This document shows, piece by piece, positions 13,701-28,434 of a stretch of DNA of 64,000 nucleotides. This DNA is from Antedon mediterranea (taxonomy: Eukaryota > Animalia > Echinodermata), in contig NC_092670.1 of assembly GCF_964355755.1 (NCBI RefSeq), positions 24,414,795-24,478,794 on the forward strand, read 5' to 3'. The notes below the pieces were generated by a model. The model was not told where the DNA came from. It saw only the letters and a list, made by a program, of their open reading frames with translations, and ran no database searches. A program made the position numbers and the translations under genes. Every line of letters starts with the position of its first letter. Position 1 is the stretch's first letter.

Positions 13701-16552
13701 ATTTAAATAAAGATAATTGATTTTTAAAAGATATATTGATTGATTGATTTTCTCAGAATCTTTAATTATTTATAATATATGATAGGACCTTGCTAACGCG
13801 AACACCATAGCCGGTATCACAATCCGATCAAAGATCCCTCTGCGTATAATGTCATAAACCGCATTTGTTGTTACATAATAAAAAAGACATAAAGTAACTT
13901 TTTATCTAGATTTCATTATAAATCATGTGTATAATCTATACACTAAGAAATAAATTTGAACAATACGGATAATAAAAAAAAAATCTTATTTCGTTTCCCA
14001 AGGTGAGACTCGAACTCGGTACCTTGAATGCCATTGACACGAGCACAGACCATCGAGCCATACACAACTGACTAAAACTTGGAGAAAAATTCCTCCGTCT
14101 ATTTACTATGCAGTAACCACTTTGGTGCAGATAGATTATTACATACCGCAATGAATTATAATGTTTTACTATGATGACATCTTTAAAAATTTAAAAAAAT
14201 GATGCACTGTCAAACTATATACTTTTAACTTTAATATATGAACTTCTTAAGGAAGAAAGTTAACGTTAAGTTTGTTATTTTGGCCTAAAAAAATGTTATA
14301 ATTTGTTTGATTGTCGAAATTAATTTTGTTAAATTTAATATGCCATTAATGATGACTTAATCAACTTTTGTTCTTCTAATTTCATAATAAATCATACATA
14401 TGATACATACACTTCAAGAAAATTAAATAAAAAATAGGTGTTCCCGAGCATTCTAACGATATATATTAATTTTAAAATTTAGCATATTTTCACCATTTTG
14501 TTAACTTACACGTGCGTAGCCCGTCACTTCTGACGTGCTCGTATAACGCTGTTTCGCGTTGAAAAGTGAATAAAATATGATGATATTATTAAAGAAAGGT
14601 TATACAACAGTAAACGGACACAAACAGTGCCCATTAACGTTTGACGCGCAGTGCGCGTGCAAAAATCTGCGCACTCATGGCAATTTTTTAAACGCTTAAA
14701 ATTGCCTGAAACGTACTCTAATTTCATCGAAAATAAATTCTGACAATTTTCAACATTTTAAGCGCGCGTACGCATGCGTTATATGCGCTACGCACGTAAT
14801 TGTATTGCCATATGATGAAATATGACCTGAAATTTATGAGTACCAAATTTTGTTTAAAAGTGATTCATGTTTGTGAAGATATGATTACAAACGTGATTTT
14901 GTTAAATCGCGCGTAGACCGCGTAATTTTTGATTGCGCACCGTGAAAACATAACCACATCGATTCCTGGCCATAAGGAATATACTCTGAAAAATTGACTT
15001 AGATAGATAAAACCGATGCCAAGATAATTGACGGACAAATAGTGCTAAGGAAAGAATAAATAAATAAACTAGATTTAATTCGTCACTATGACGAATTATA
15101 GGTTATATGCATTGATTTAAATAAAGATAATTGATTTTTAAAAGATATATTGATTGATTGATTTTCTCAGAATCTTTAATTATTTATAATATATGATAGG
15201 ACCTTGCTAACGCGAACACCATAGCCGGTATCACAATCCGATCAAAGATCCATATGCGTATAATGTCATAAACCACATTTGTTGTTACATAATAATAAAG
15301 ACATAAGTTAATTTTTATCTAGATTTCATTATAAATCATGTGTATAATCTATACACTAAGAAATAAATTTGAACAAACAATACGGATAATAAAAAAAAAA
15401 AATCTTATTTCGTTTCCCAAGGTGAGACTCGATCTCGGTACCTTGAATGCCATAGACACGAGCACAGACCACCGAGCCGTTCACAACTGACTAAAAGTTG
15501 TAGAAAAATTCCTCCGTGTATTTACTATGCAGTAACCACTTTGATGCAAATAGATTATTACATACCGAAATGAATTATAATTTTTTACTATGATGACATC
15601 TTTAAAATGTATACAAATGATGCACTGTCAAACTACATACTTTTAACTTTAATATATGAATTTTTGAAGGAAGAAAGTTAATGTTAAGTTTGTTATTTTG
15701 GCCTAAGAAAATGTCATAATTTGTTTGATTGTCGAAATTATGTTTTTTTAATTTAATATGCAATTAATGATGACTTAATCAACTTTTGTTCTCTTAATTT
15801 GATAATAAATCATACATATGATACATACACTTCAAGAAAATGAAATAAAAAATAGGTGTTCCCCTGCATTCTGACGATATATATTAATTTTAAAATTTAG
15901 CATATTTTCACCATTTTGTTAACTTATACGTGCGTAGCCCGTCACTTTTGACGTGCTCGTATAACGCAATTTCGAGTTGAAACCTGAATCAAATATGATG
16001 ATATTATTAAAGAAAGGTTATACAACAGTAATCGGACACAAACAGTGCGCATTAACGTTTGATGCGCAGTGCGCGTGCAAAAATCTGCGCACTCATGGCA
16101 ATTTTTTAAACGCCTAAAATTGCCTGAAACGTACTCTAATTTCATCGAAATTAAATTCTGACAATTTTCAACATTTTAAGCGCGCGTACGCATGCGTTAT
16201 ATGCGCTACGCACGTAATTGTATTGCCATATTATGAAATATGACCTGAAATTTATGAGTACCAAATTTTGTTTAATTGTGATTCATGCTTGTGAAGATAT
16301 GATTACAAACGTGATTTCGTAAAATCGCGCGTAGACCGCGTAATTTTTGATTACGCATCGTGAAAATATAACCACATCGATTCCTGGCCATAAGGAATAT
16401 ACTCTGAAAACTTGACTTAGCTAGATAAAACTGATGCCAAGATAATGCATGGACAAAATAGTGCTAAGGAAAGAATAAATAAATAAATAAATAAATAAAT
16501 AAAGATTTTGACAGAATCAAGAGGTTATATGCATATCATGCATATAACCTAA

Positions 16553-16587
<35 letters not shown>

Positions 16588-19500
16588 AGATTCTGACAGA
16601 ATCAAGAGGTTATATGCATATCATGCATATAACCTAACTAGATCTAATTCGTCACTATGACGAATTATAGGTTATATGCATTGATTTTAATAAAGATAAT
16701 TGATTTTTAAAAGATATTTTGATTCATTGATTTTCTCAGATTCTTTAATTATTTATAATATATGATAGGACCTTGCTAACGCGAATACAATAGCCGGTAT
16801 CACAATCCGATCAAAGATCCCTCTGCGTATAATGTCATAAACCACATTTGCTGTTACATAATAATAAAGACATAAGTTATTTTTTATCTAGATTTCATTA
16901 TAAATCATGTGTATAATATATACACTAAGAAATAAATTTGAACAAACAATACGGATAATAAAAAAAAAATCTTATTTCGTTTCCCAAGGTGAGACTCGAT
17001 CTCGGTACCTTGAGTGCCATAGACACGAGCACACACCACCGAGCCATGCACAACTGTCTAAAAATTGTAGAAAAATTCCTCCGTGTATTTACTATGCAGT
17101 AACCACTTTGGTGCAGATAGATTATTACATACCGCAATGAATTATAATTTTTTACTATGATGACATCTCTAAAAATGTACAAAAATGATGCACTGTCAAA
17201 CTATATACTTTTAACTTTAATATATGAACTTTTGGAGGAAGAAAGTTAATGTTAAGTTTGTTATTTTGGCCTAAGAAAATGTCATAATTTGTTTGATTGT
17301 CGAAATGAATTTTTTTAAATTTAATATGCAATTAATTATGGCTTAATCAACTTTTGTTCCCTTAGTTTAATAATAAATCATACATAAGATACATACACTT
17401 CAAGAAAATGAAATAAAAAATATGTGTTCCCGAGCATTCTGACGATCTATATTAATTTTAAAATTTAGCATATTTTCACCATTTTGTTAACTTACACGTG
17501 CGTAGCCTGTCACTTTTGACGTGCTCGTATAAGGCAATTACGCGTTGAAAAGTGAATAAAATATGATGATATTATTAAAGAAAGGTTGTACAACCGAAAT
17601 CGGACAAAAAGAGTGCGCATTAACGTATAACGCGCAGTGCGCGTGCAAAAATCTGCGCACTCATGGCAATTTTTTAAACGCTTAAAATTGCCTGAAACGT
17701 ACTCTAATTTCATCGAAAATAAATTTTGACAATTTTGAACATTTTAAGCGCGCGTACGCAAGCGTTATATGCGCTACGCACGTAATTGTATTGCCATATG
17801 ATGAAATATGACCTGAAATTTATGAGTACCAAATTTTGTTTAATTGTGATTCATGCTTGTGAAGATATGATTACAAACGTGATTTCGTAAAATCGCGCTT
17901 AGACCGCGTAATTTTTGATTACGCATCGTGAAAATATAACCACATCGATTCCTGGCCATAAGGAATATACTCTGAAAAATTGACTTAAATAGATGAAACT
18001 GATATCAAGATAATTCACGGACAAAATAGTGCTAAGGAAAGAATAAATAAACTAGATTTAATTCGTCACTATGACGAATTATAGGTTATATGCATTGATT
18101 CAAATAAAGATAATTGATTGATTTAAGATATATTGATTGATTGATTTTCTCAGAATCATTAGTTATTTATAATATATGACAGGATCTTGCTAACGCAAAT
18201 ACAATAGCCGGTATCATAATCCGATCAAAGATCTTTCTGCGTATATAATGTCATAAACCACATTTGTGTTTTTATTTAAATTTCATTATAAATCATGTGT
18301 ATAATCTATACACTAAGAAATATAATTGAACAACCAATACGGATAATAAAAAAAATCTTATTTCGTTTGGTTTCCCAAGGTGAGACTCGAACTCGGTACT
18401 TGACTGCTATAGACACGAGCAAAGAACACCGAGCCATACACAACTGACTAAAAGTTATGGAAAAATTCCTCCGTGTATTTACTATGCAGTAACCACTTTT
18501 GTGCAGATAGATTATTACATACCGCAATGAATTATAATGTTTTACTATGATGACATCTTTAAAAATTTAAAAAAATGATGCACTGTCAAACTATATACTT
18601 TTAACTTTAATATATGAACTTCTTAAGGAAGAAAGTTAATGTTAAGTTTGTTATTTTGGCCTAAGAAAATGTTATAATTTGTTTGATTGTCGAAATTAAT
18701 TTTGTTAAATTTAATATGCCATTAATGATGACTTAATCAACTTTTGTTCTTCTAATTTCATAATAAATCATACATATGATACATACACTTCAAGAAAATT
18801 AAATAAAAAATAGGTGTTCCCGAGCATTGTAACGATATATATTAATTTTAAAATTTAGCATATTTTCACCATTTTGTTAACTTATACGTGCGTAGCCTGT
18901 CACTTTTGACGTGCTCGTATAAGGCAATTACGCGTTGAAAAGTGAATAAAATATGATGATATTATTAAAGAAAGGTTGTACAACCGGAATCGGACAAAAA
19001 GAGTGCGCATTAACGTATAACGCGCAGTGCGCGTGCAAAAATCTGCGCACTCATGGCAATTTTTTAAACGCTTAAAATTGCCTGAAACGTACTCTAATTT
19101 CATCGAAAATAAATTTTGACAATTTTGAACATTTTAAGCGCACGTACGCAAGCGTTATATGCTCTACGCACGTAATTGTATTGCCATATGATGAAATATG
19201 ACCTGAAATTTATGAGTACCAAATTTTGTTTAATTGTGATTCATGCTTGTGAAGATATGATTACAAACGTGATTTCGTAAAATCGCGCGTAGACCGCGTA
19301 ATTTTTGATTACGCATCGTGAAAATATAACCACATCGATTCCTGGCCATAAGGAATATACTCTGAAAAATTGACTTAGATAGATGAAACTGATATCAAGA
19401 TAATTCACGGACAAAATAGTGCTAAGGAAAGAACTAGATTTAATTCGTCATTATGACGAATTATAGGTTATATGCATTGATTTAAATAAAGATAATTGAC

Positions 19501-21155
19501 TTTTAAAAGATATATTGATTGATTGATTTTGTCAGAATCTTTAATTATTTATAATATATGATAGGACCTTGCTAACGCGACCACCATAGCCGGTATCACA
19601 ATCCGATCAAAGATCCATGCGTATAATGCGTATAAAACCACATTTGTTGTTACATAATAATAAAGACATAAGTTAATTTTTATCTAGATTTCATTATAAA
19701 TCATGTGTATAATCTATACACTAAGAAATAAATTTGAACAAACAATACGGATAATAAAAAAAAAATCTTATTTCGTTTCCCGAGGTGAGACTCGATATCG
19801 GTACCTTGAATGCCATAGACACGAGCACAGACCATCGAGCCATACACAACTGACTAAAAGTTGTAGAAAAAATCCTCCGTGTATTTACTATGCAGTAACC
19901 AGTTTGGTGCAAATAGATTATTACATACCGCAATGAATTATAATTTTTTACTATGATGACATCTTTAAAATGTAAAAAAATGATGCACTGTCAAACTATA
20001 TACTTTTAACTTTAATATATGAACTTTGGAAGGAAGAAAGTTAATGTTAAGTTTGTTATTTTGGCTTAAGAAAATGTCATAATTTGTTTGATTGTCGAAA
20101 TTATTTTTTTTAAATTTAATATGCAATTAATGATGACTTAATCAACTTTTGTTCTCTTAATTTGATAATAAATCATACATATGATACATACACTTCAAGA
20201 AAATGAAATAAAAAATAGGTGTTCCCCTGCATTCTGATGATATATTAATTTTAAAATTTAGCATATTTTCACCATTTTGTTAACTTATACGTGCGTAGCC
20301 AGTCACTTTTGACGTGCTCGTATAACGCAATTTCGAGTTGAAACGTGAATCAAATATGATGATATTATTAAAGAAAGATTGTAAAACAGAAATCGGGCAA
20401 AAAGAGTGCGCATTAACGTTTAACGCGCAGTGCGCGTGAAAAAATCGGCGCACTCATGGCAATTTTTTAAACGCTTAAAATTGCCTGAAACGTACTCTAA
20501 TTTCATCGAAAATAAATTTTGACAATTTTGAACATTTTAAGCGCGCGTACGCAAGCGTTATATGCGCTACGCACGTAATTGTATTGCCATATAATGAAAT
20601 ATGACCTGAAATTTATGAGTACCAAATTTTGTTTAATTGTGATTCATGCTTGTGAAGATATGATTACAAACGTGATTTCGTAAACTCGCGCGTAGACCAC
20701 GTAATGTTTGATTGCGCACCGTGAAAACATAACCACATCGATTCCTGGCCATAAGGAATACACTCTGAAAAATTGACTTAGTTAAATGAAACTGATATCA
20801 AGATAATTGACGGACAAATAGTGCTAAGGAAAGAATAAATAAATAAATAAATAAAGAAATAAATAAAGATTTTGACAGAATCAAGAGGTTATATGCATGA
20901 ATGCATATAACCTAATAAATAAAGATTTTGACAGAATCAAGAGGTTATATGCATGATAATGCATATAACCTAATAAATAAATAAAGATTTTGACAGAATC
21001 AAGAGGTTATATGCATGATAATGCATATAACCTAATAAAAAAAAAAAAAAGTAACACTACAATAACAAATGCTTATCCGCTTGAGGCGGATAACCAATAA
21101 ATAAAGATTTTGACAGAATCAAGAGGTTATATGCATGATAATGCATATAACCTAA
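10763..21155 (-). mobile_element. Family A nest: A3 10763-12179 (cap 21106-21155), A4 12180-13650, A5 13655-15068 (cap 16589-16637), A6 15069-16552, A7 16638-18051 (cap 20986-21035), A8 18052-19433 (cap 20924-20973), A9 19434-20915
   Basis: Seven A-type CTAG/hairpin starts and seven A-type caps. Cap variants match body subtypes in nested order. Confidence 0.82.
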
Positions 21156-21244
21156 TAACAAAGGTTATCCGCTTGAGGCGGATAACCAAAAAAAAAAAGT
21201 AACACTACAATAACAAAGGTTATCCGCTTGAGGCGGATAACCAA
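20868..21244 (-). repeat. Stack of displaced Helentron 5' caps (A,A,A,B,A,B-short,B)
   Basis: Four A palindromes (AGGTTATATGCAT..ATGCATATAACCT) and three B palindromes (G(G/C)TTATCCGC-ttgag-GCGGATAACC), separated only by A-rich microsatellite and short subterminal sequence. Confidence 0.9.
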
Positions 21245-23079
21245 CTAGAACTTAAACTCGTCACTTGAGGACGAGTTTGGTTATCCGCCCGCAACAAAAC
21301 CGTATCTTGCGTATTAAAGTACTTCTCAGTTATGACTTTTCCAAAAAAAAGTAGCCTATTCAAAAAATTGAAACTGCCCTTTCAGTGTAATAACCAAATA
21401 AACCCTTTTAATTAATTGTTTTCCCGTGATGGGATTCGAACCCGGTACCTCTGATACCAAAGTCGGTTGCACTACACATCGAGCCATATGAGCTCCTGCT
21501 GAAGAAAATCCGAAGAAAAAGTCCTCGTTCATTCGGTATGTCGTGAACCCCGTCGATGCAAGTTGATTATTACATAATGAACTTAAATCATAATTTTTAC
21601 TATGATGAAATCTTCACAAATTTTAAACAGTTACATATTATGAAAGTGCATACTTTCAAGGTTTATATATTAACATGTAAAGAAAAAAGATAAACGTTAT
21701 GTTTATTGTTTTGCTCTTTGAATATGTTTATGTTTGTTTGATGATAATTATTTCAAACATTACATTTAATTTGCAAATAATGTAGCCATCAAACACTTTT
21801 TAACATTCAAGAGTATAATAAATCAGACCTATGATTCATACACTGCAAGAAAATAAAAAAAAAATGGGGGTAACCTTGCATTCTGATGAATTGTTTCATT
21901 TTTAAAAGTAGACATATTTTGCAACAATTTCACAATTTGTTGATGTTTACAAAATTCGGTAGGGTTAAAAATGTTAACAATTGATGTGAAGCAAACGTGG
22001 CTTAAAATTACGTTAAAAAATATTTATCTGTTTCAAAGTTATGATCAATTTCAGATTTTCAGAAAATCGCGCGTAACTTACGATACGAGCCTCTTACAGC
22101 GTCCAAAAGCTTGGCTGTACAATTTCAGTTAAATGTCTATATGTTGACCAAGTTACAACATGTTATGTTAACGCGTTGCAGAGTAACAGCGTGCACAAAT
22201 TTTGAGCATTTTAAAATTTCAAACGCATTTTACGCGCAAATATGAGTAGCCAATCGTATGCACCAAGAATTATTGGAGTTAAACCACGGTGTTTCAAGTA
22301 GTATACGTATGAAACGCCATATGTATCAAAATACTTATGTTTTACTAAGTTAAAACTCCGTCTGGAGAACTCGGAATAATGTGATAATATTCTTTTAGAT
22401 ACGAATTTTTCGATCATTACCAGATATCTTTTCAGTTATGACTTTTCTAAAAAGTATAATAACCAAATACATCCTTATATTTAATTTATTTAATTGTTTT
22501 CCCGTGATGGAATTCGATCTCGGTACATCTCATACCAAAGTCGGTTTCACCTGCCGAAGAAAACACGAAGAAAGATTACTCGTTCATTCGGTATGTCGTG
22601 AACCCCCGCGATGCAAATAGATGATTTCATACCAAACTTTTACTATGATGAAATCTTCATCTTTCAAGTTTTATTATAGGACCTAAGAATCAATTTGCAT
22701 AGTGCACCAATGCATGTAACACCAGAGTGTATTAAATCATAGACTTCTGTATTTTTTTGCATAAATTGCATGCCATAGTTAAGTGACCCCAAGTTGAAAG
22801 ATTATAATGAAATGAGAAATGTTGTTTAAAAACTCTTCTAATAATATCTAATATATGGGACAATATCATAATAGTGAAAACTAATGTTATCAAATTTACA
22901 TTTTGCTGTGCATCTGAGATAGATCAGGTAAGTATCCAAAGCAGAGATTTGTCCCAAAGTTTTTTCCATTGTGTTCGCCTATATACTAGGATAGTAAAGT
23001 GACATTTTGATGAAAGCATTCAACTATAATGTTTACAATACACATGAGACAATTACAAGTTTGTTGCTTTGTTTTGTTT

Positions 23080-24445
23080 TTATTTTTGAAACATTTGCAT
23101 TAGTTCAAGTGAACTAATGGATTGATTTTTTTTTTGTATTTTACATTGCACAGGCAATAAGTTCGTGAACTCTTCCACCGACAAATTTACTGATTTGAAA
23201 ATGTCCATACTGCAAATCATGATCTGATCATCGTCTGTCAGAAGATTTAGTTTTCTGTGGAAAGAAAAAAAACTTGCGTTAGTGAAATCAAATGTTGTTT
23301 TATCTAAATCTGTGCTATTTGATTAAGTAATTTACATTTTGATGTTTTTCTGAATTTATATACATACTGTTCTGAATCATTTTCTTCATCTACAGCAGTA
23401 ATGGTGACTGTGTAGGTTTTATCGGATTCGTCCACTGTGTGAAGAAAAGGAGAAACGTTTTCTTTTGTCATCTTGTAGGTATATTAATTGTGCAAGAAGG
23501 CGAGAAAAGCTGTAGTGATTTGGTCAAATAGGTGGATATAGACAGAACTTATCTGTCAACGTTCAATTGGCTATGGGGAACCAAAATTATCATGCTGTAA
23601 ACAGTAATATGCGATTTTGAATACATTATTTGATAATTAAGATCTTACGTTTACGATTGTTAAGTCTAAAGATTTAACTTGCTGTATATCTTTGTAGATT
23701 TCGACTTCTACATTGTTGAATGTTACGGTGTTGCCGATATTTGCATCCGTTATCAGTTCACTGTGTGAGCCCCACAGCTTGCATTTAATTTTTTTGGACG
23801 GTCTGCCGTCTTCGCCGTCTTCGCCGTCTGCGAGAAAGATGTCTCGTCTTTTCCATCCAGTACCTTCTCGGATTGGAAAAACCTGTAAGGATATGATGTG
23901 TAATACTTTAATTGTCTTATTCTCAATATATTTTATCCATATGACCTTATTAGTTTAAAACAAATTAATGGGAATCTATACAACTACAATTAATACTGCA
24001 CCTCAGCTATTGTTGCCTTTAAACTAATCCTCCTTTTTGCTGGCAAAATTAAAGTTTGTGACACGGTATGCTCAGGAGGGTGATAGAATTCAGTCAGCTT
24101 GGAATGCGGTATCTCAAAGGCACACGTTTGGAAAATCTAGAAAAAAAAGTGTTGTATATAAATAATGTGGATTGTGTGGTACATAGGGTAGGTAGGTAGG
24201 TATAATGTGTTTAAAGGGCAAGTACATACTTTCGATTTTTCGCTTAATCGGATGTAGTTGGCATCAGGTTTTTTTGTTGTGGTGTGTTTTATCATCCTAA
24301 TGTATTTCCCTTTGCACATTTTTTGTTGTAGACTTTTTGGAATTGTTGTTTCAAACACGTCAAAGTTATTGTCCATGGTAAAACAAAAAAAATGTTCACC
24401 ATGTAACGCTGGTGTGGAAAGGATATATACTGCCACAGAAGACAT
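23080..24445 (-). CDS. Spliced RPA-like OB-fold (ssDNA-binding) protein, ~287 aa; exons 24445-24230, 24136-24002, 23882-23649, 23471-23368, 23254-23080
   Basis: GT-AG introns join in frame (864 nt, ATG to TAA). Exon 3 reads KRRDIFLADGEDGEDGRPSKKIKCKLWGSHSELITDANIGNTVTFNNVEVEIYKDIQQVKS, resembling the RPA70-type OB fold (KR.I.L.D..G.I..TLWG....G.V...N..V). The exon 4 acceptor is the least certain. Confidence 0.7.
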
Positions 24446-24695
24446 CTGTTGAAATATAGAAGATTTCTATGTACTGTTAGCTTATTACAGGTTGGTTACA
24501 GCGGTAACGAAAATATGTTAAAATATTAAAGTCACACAGCCTTGTTATGGATTAACTTGTAAATGATCCATTGATTAAACGGATTGTAATATTTCGAACA
24601 AGAGGACACATTTTACTCACCTTTTCAGTTTAAACCCAACAGACGATTGTGAGAGCATGGACGCTTTGAAACTTGCTTTTAAGTTGTGTTTAGCA

Positions 24696-27666
24696 CATGC
24701 GCATATCAGTATATCGACACCTGTACCTAAAAATCATGACAATATTGTTTGGAATATGAGCATATTTCCTACGTACGTTCAAAGCCGCTTTTGTTAATAT
24801 AATACAAACTTTATTTTACAGGTGGGGCCGTTGTTGCTTCTAATTTGTTCCCATCATGCATCGCGAACGGTATTTGCTAAACCTTATTGCACGATGATAT
24901 GGTTCTAAGTGTCAATATAGACGAGAACTTACGTTATATTAGAAAAAAAAAGTTGTTTTACATTTATCACTTTATAGAATTATTTGCTTAAACGAAACAT
25001 TTAACTTGAAGCAAGTTAATATTGTCGTTATCGTTTATTTTGGTATTTTTGGCGACAATTGCATGCCATACTTGTAATACTGTTTCGTTTATCATATCGA
25101 GCAGCATCGCCCCGGTCTAACGCACATGTTGTGATATTAGCTAGCTGGTTTGTGAGACAAGACACGAGTGCATATTAACGCATTTTTTATTTAAATTTGA
25201 TACTAAGCCAAGTAAGAAACAGGTAAGATGTTTTAAGCTACTTTTGGATGTTTGTTGTTGGAGAATATTGGATTTCATGTTTTTTTAGGCTAGCAAGTTA
25301 GGCCAAGAAGGACAAAAGTCGGCACTGTACGAAGGCGGTGACCTGAATGCCAGAATCTGGGACGATTCGGCCCACTTTTGGGCTGAAACGTCTCGCTTTT
25401 AGTCTAAACCAATGATTTTTATCAAGTTTGTAAAGGTGTTTGAACTTCCTTTTTCTGGGTGTTTTCTGCAACACCAAGGCAAAGGGAATGGAACAACATG
25501 CTAGTTTTGAATAATCGGGCAAAACGTGTCTTTTTACTAGCCGTTGTTAATGGTGAAATGTGTTTAGGCTAGCGGGACGATTCGGCTCTGAGACGATTCG
25601 CCACACTTATATGTATCGGTGTTGATATGAATTTTATAAGCTTTTTCTCCCAAACTTGATTAAACTAATATAATAGCGATAAAGATGAAATAAACCAACA
25701 ATTTTTAAAACATTGTCGAAAATGTTAATTTTTTAGCCACGCCACGTGGACTATGTAAATGAGTTACGCCCTATATGTTGGCTGAATAGCAAATGCACAA
25801 AAGTTTTCAAAGAATAAATTGAATATAAAATTACGTTTTTAGTAATTTATTTTATATATTATTATATCATCATTGCCAATATCAATAAAAAATGGATATT
25901 TAAACACCTTTAAAAACTTGATAGATACCACAAAAAAATGTATATAAATTTGGTCTTAAATGAGACGTTTCGGCCCATAAAGTGGGACGTTTCGACTCAA
26001 AAGTGCGTTGAATCGTTCCACCAACATTTATATGGGCTTCACTGATTTGTATAGGTAATTATGAGACTATTGTAGGCATATGCTCATATCAGTATATCGA
26101 CACCTGTACCTATCGAATATGACCATATTTCCTACGTACGCTTCAAAGCTGCTTTTGTTATTATAATACAAACTTTATTTTACAGGTGGGGGCGTTGTTG
26201 CTTCTAATTTGTTCCCATCATGCATCGCGAACGGTATTTGCTAAACCTTATTGCACGATGGTATGGTTATAAGTGTCAATATAGACGAAAACTTATGTTA
26301 TATTAGAAAAAAAAAGTTGTTTTACATTTATCACTTTATAGAATTATTTGCTTAAACGAAACATTTAACTTGAAGCAAGTTAATATTGTCGTTATCGTTT
26401 ATTTTGTGGGGTTTTTTTTGGCGACGATTGCATGCCATACTTGTAATACTGTTTCGTTCATCAATCGGAGCATCGCCTAGTCTGTGACGCACATGTTTTG
26501 ATATCCATGTTATGCGCGATTTGAACGATTTGCGCAATTTGAAATTGCGCAAAAAAAATCCTTGCGCAATTTGAATTGAAACATGTGTTTCAAATTGCGC
26601 AAGCAACGTATTAAATTGCGCAAGTAATCTGCAAATTGCGCGCAAGGTTTTTCAACAGATTGTGAAATCATGCACACCCATGTTTTTATAGTAATTTCTA
26701 AGAATGATTCAAAATTAAAGATAAATATCGCATTTCCTTATTTTAGTAGTGCAAATATTGTTATAAGTTAGCATACCGTCGAACAACCGACGAAGGAAAA
26801 CGAAGCGGTGGTGTTCCACCAGGCGGGCGCGGCGCGGGCGGCCGGCTATACTACTCTAGCCTAGCTAGGGTCTGGACTACTGATACTGACTAGGTTACAT
26901 GGCCTAGCTTAAACTAATATTAAAAACTTAAAAAGTGAGTATTAAACATTATCTTCATTGAAATGGTCTTATTTATTTATAATAAAATACTAAATTTTAA
27001 ACTCCTCTGCCTAGGCCTAGCCTAGCCATGTATGGGAAAATTTACAGTTCGTTTTCAAATTGCGCAAAGGTGTCATATTGCGCAAGAACTATCTTGCGCA
27101 ATTTACAAATTGTGCAGCGCAATTTAAAATTGCGCAAAGATTTTCTTGCGCAATTTGAAATTGCACAAGTTGATTGCGCAATTTGAAATTGCGCAAAAAA
27201 ATCATTGCGCAAATTTAAATTGCGCAAGAATTCTTTGCGCAATTTCAAATTGCGCAAGGATTTCTTTGCGCAATTTCAAATTGCGCAAATCGTTCAAATC
27301 GCGCATAACATCCATATTAATTAGTCTAGCTCGTTTGTGAGACAAGACGCGATTGCATATTAACAAATTTTGGATTTGAATTTAATACTAGGCGTATAAG
27401 AAACAGGTAAGATGTTTTTGGATACTTTTGGATGTTTGTTTTACTTTTAGGCTAGCAAGTTAGGCCAAGAAGGACAAGAGTCGGCACTGTACGAAGAAGG
27501 CGGTGACCTGAATGCCAAAATCTGGCTCGATTCGGCCCACTTTTTGGCCGAAACGTTTCGCTTTTAGTCTAAACCAATGATTGTTAATATACATTTTTGG
27601 GGTATTTATCAAGTTTGTAAAGGTATTTCAACTTCCTTTTCTAGGCCTTTTCTGCCACACCAAGGC
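24696..27666 (+). repeat. Internal ~780 bp direct duplication: 24696-25480 versus 26078-26504 + 27314-27666
   Basis: Shared text such as CATATCAGTATATCGACACCTGTACCT and GGCTAGCAAGTTAGGCCAAGAAGGACAA. The second copy is split by a MITE. Confidence 0.8.
26505..27313. mobile_element. MITE with long TIRs built from TTGCGCAATTTGAAATTGCGCAA palindromes; 4-bp ATAT target duplication
   Basis: ATGTTATGCGCGATTTGAACGATTTGCGCAATTTGAAATTGCGC is mirrored at the right end. ATAT at 26501-26504 and 27314-27317. The paralogous copy near 25133 shows a single GATAT. Confidence 0.8.
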
Positions 27667-28161
27667 ATGTACGCCATGTAGTGTATTTCAGTGTAGAAAG
27701 TAGGAAAAAAGCCACCCCTGTATAAAGCCACCACTGTTAAAAGCAACCCAACAATGGACTATACCATTTAAAAATGGGGGTGCCATGTAATCAACTTCTA
27801 TTTAATTGTGTGTTATGAATAGGAATTTAGCATGAATTATAACATTTTATTAAACTTAGGACTGACAAATCTCGAAATAAAAAATATCACATAGTCCTTA
27901 TACAATGAATAAGTATTGATATTTATAAACAGTCTGTCTAATTAAAAACATTACATTAAATTGAATGAATAAATAAATGAAGTACACAAAATTATATTTA
28001 ATTATATCAGTTTAACAGTTTTGAGAGATAATAATTGTTTTATATTTACAAATACTGTACATTAAAAGCAAGTCTTTGGTCGCAAGATACTTTAATCGTA
28101 TGGCATAACCTAGTGCAGTCATAGTTTGATTTTGGCCTGTCGGTTGTACTTAGAAATTATG

Positions 28162-28434
28162 TTATAGTCTAGAGTTGCTCTTTACTGTTGATTTGGTAAT
28201 GCGTTTAGATGGCACTGGTTTTCCTCGCTTTACAAGTTCAATTAAAGTCACTGAAGATGCTTCATCTCTTTTGATTGCATTGATTGATGACCAGATAGAT
28301 TGGTTTGTATGACCAGTGTAGTTAAGATGCTTTCTATTCCAAGATTCACAAATGTTGTTTGTCCTCGGTTCACAGTTTAATGTCAGGTGATAAACGTTCC
28401 ATAGGTCTATGTCAAACATTGGTGGGATCTTTCT
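28162..28434 (-). pseudogene. C-terminal fragment of a MULE (Mutator-like) transposase
   Basis: PPMFDIDLWNVY...PRTNNICESWNR....HTNQSIWSSI resembles the W-N-V...RTNN..E.W/H motif of animal MULE transposases. No N-terminal part is seen. Confidence 0.6.

Noticed and set aside
10-19936. Recurrent short ORFs (MKLEYVSGNF..., MRYVIIYL..., MPLVRTFL...)
   Set aside because: They recur only because the non-coding elements repeat. They are broken in several copies and show no domain motifs.
20868-21244. Palindromic repeats with short spacers resembling a CRISPR array (also 44343-44569)
   Set aside because: The spacers are microsatellite and constant subterminal sequence, the repeats are Helentron caps, the DNA is eukaryotic and no cas genes are present.
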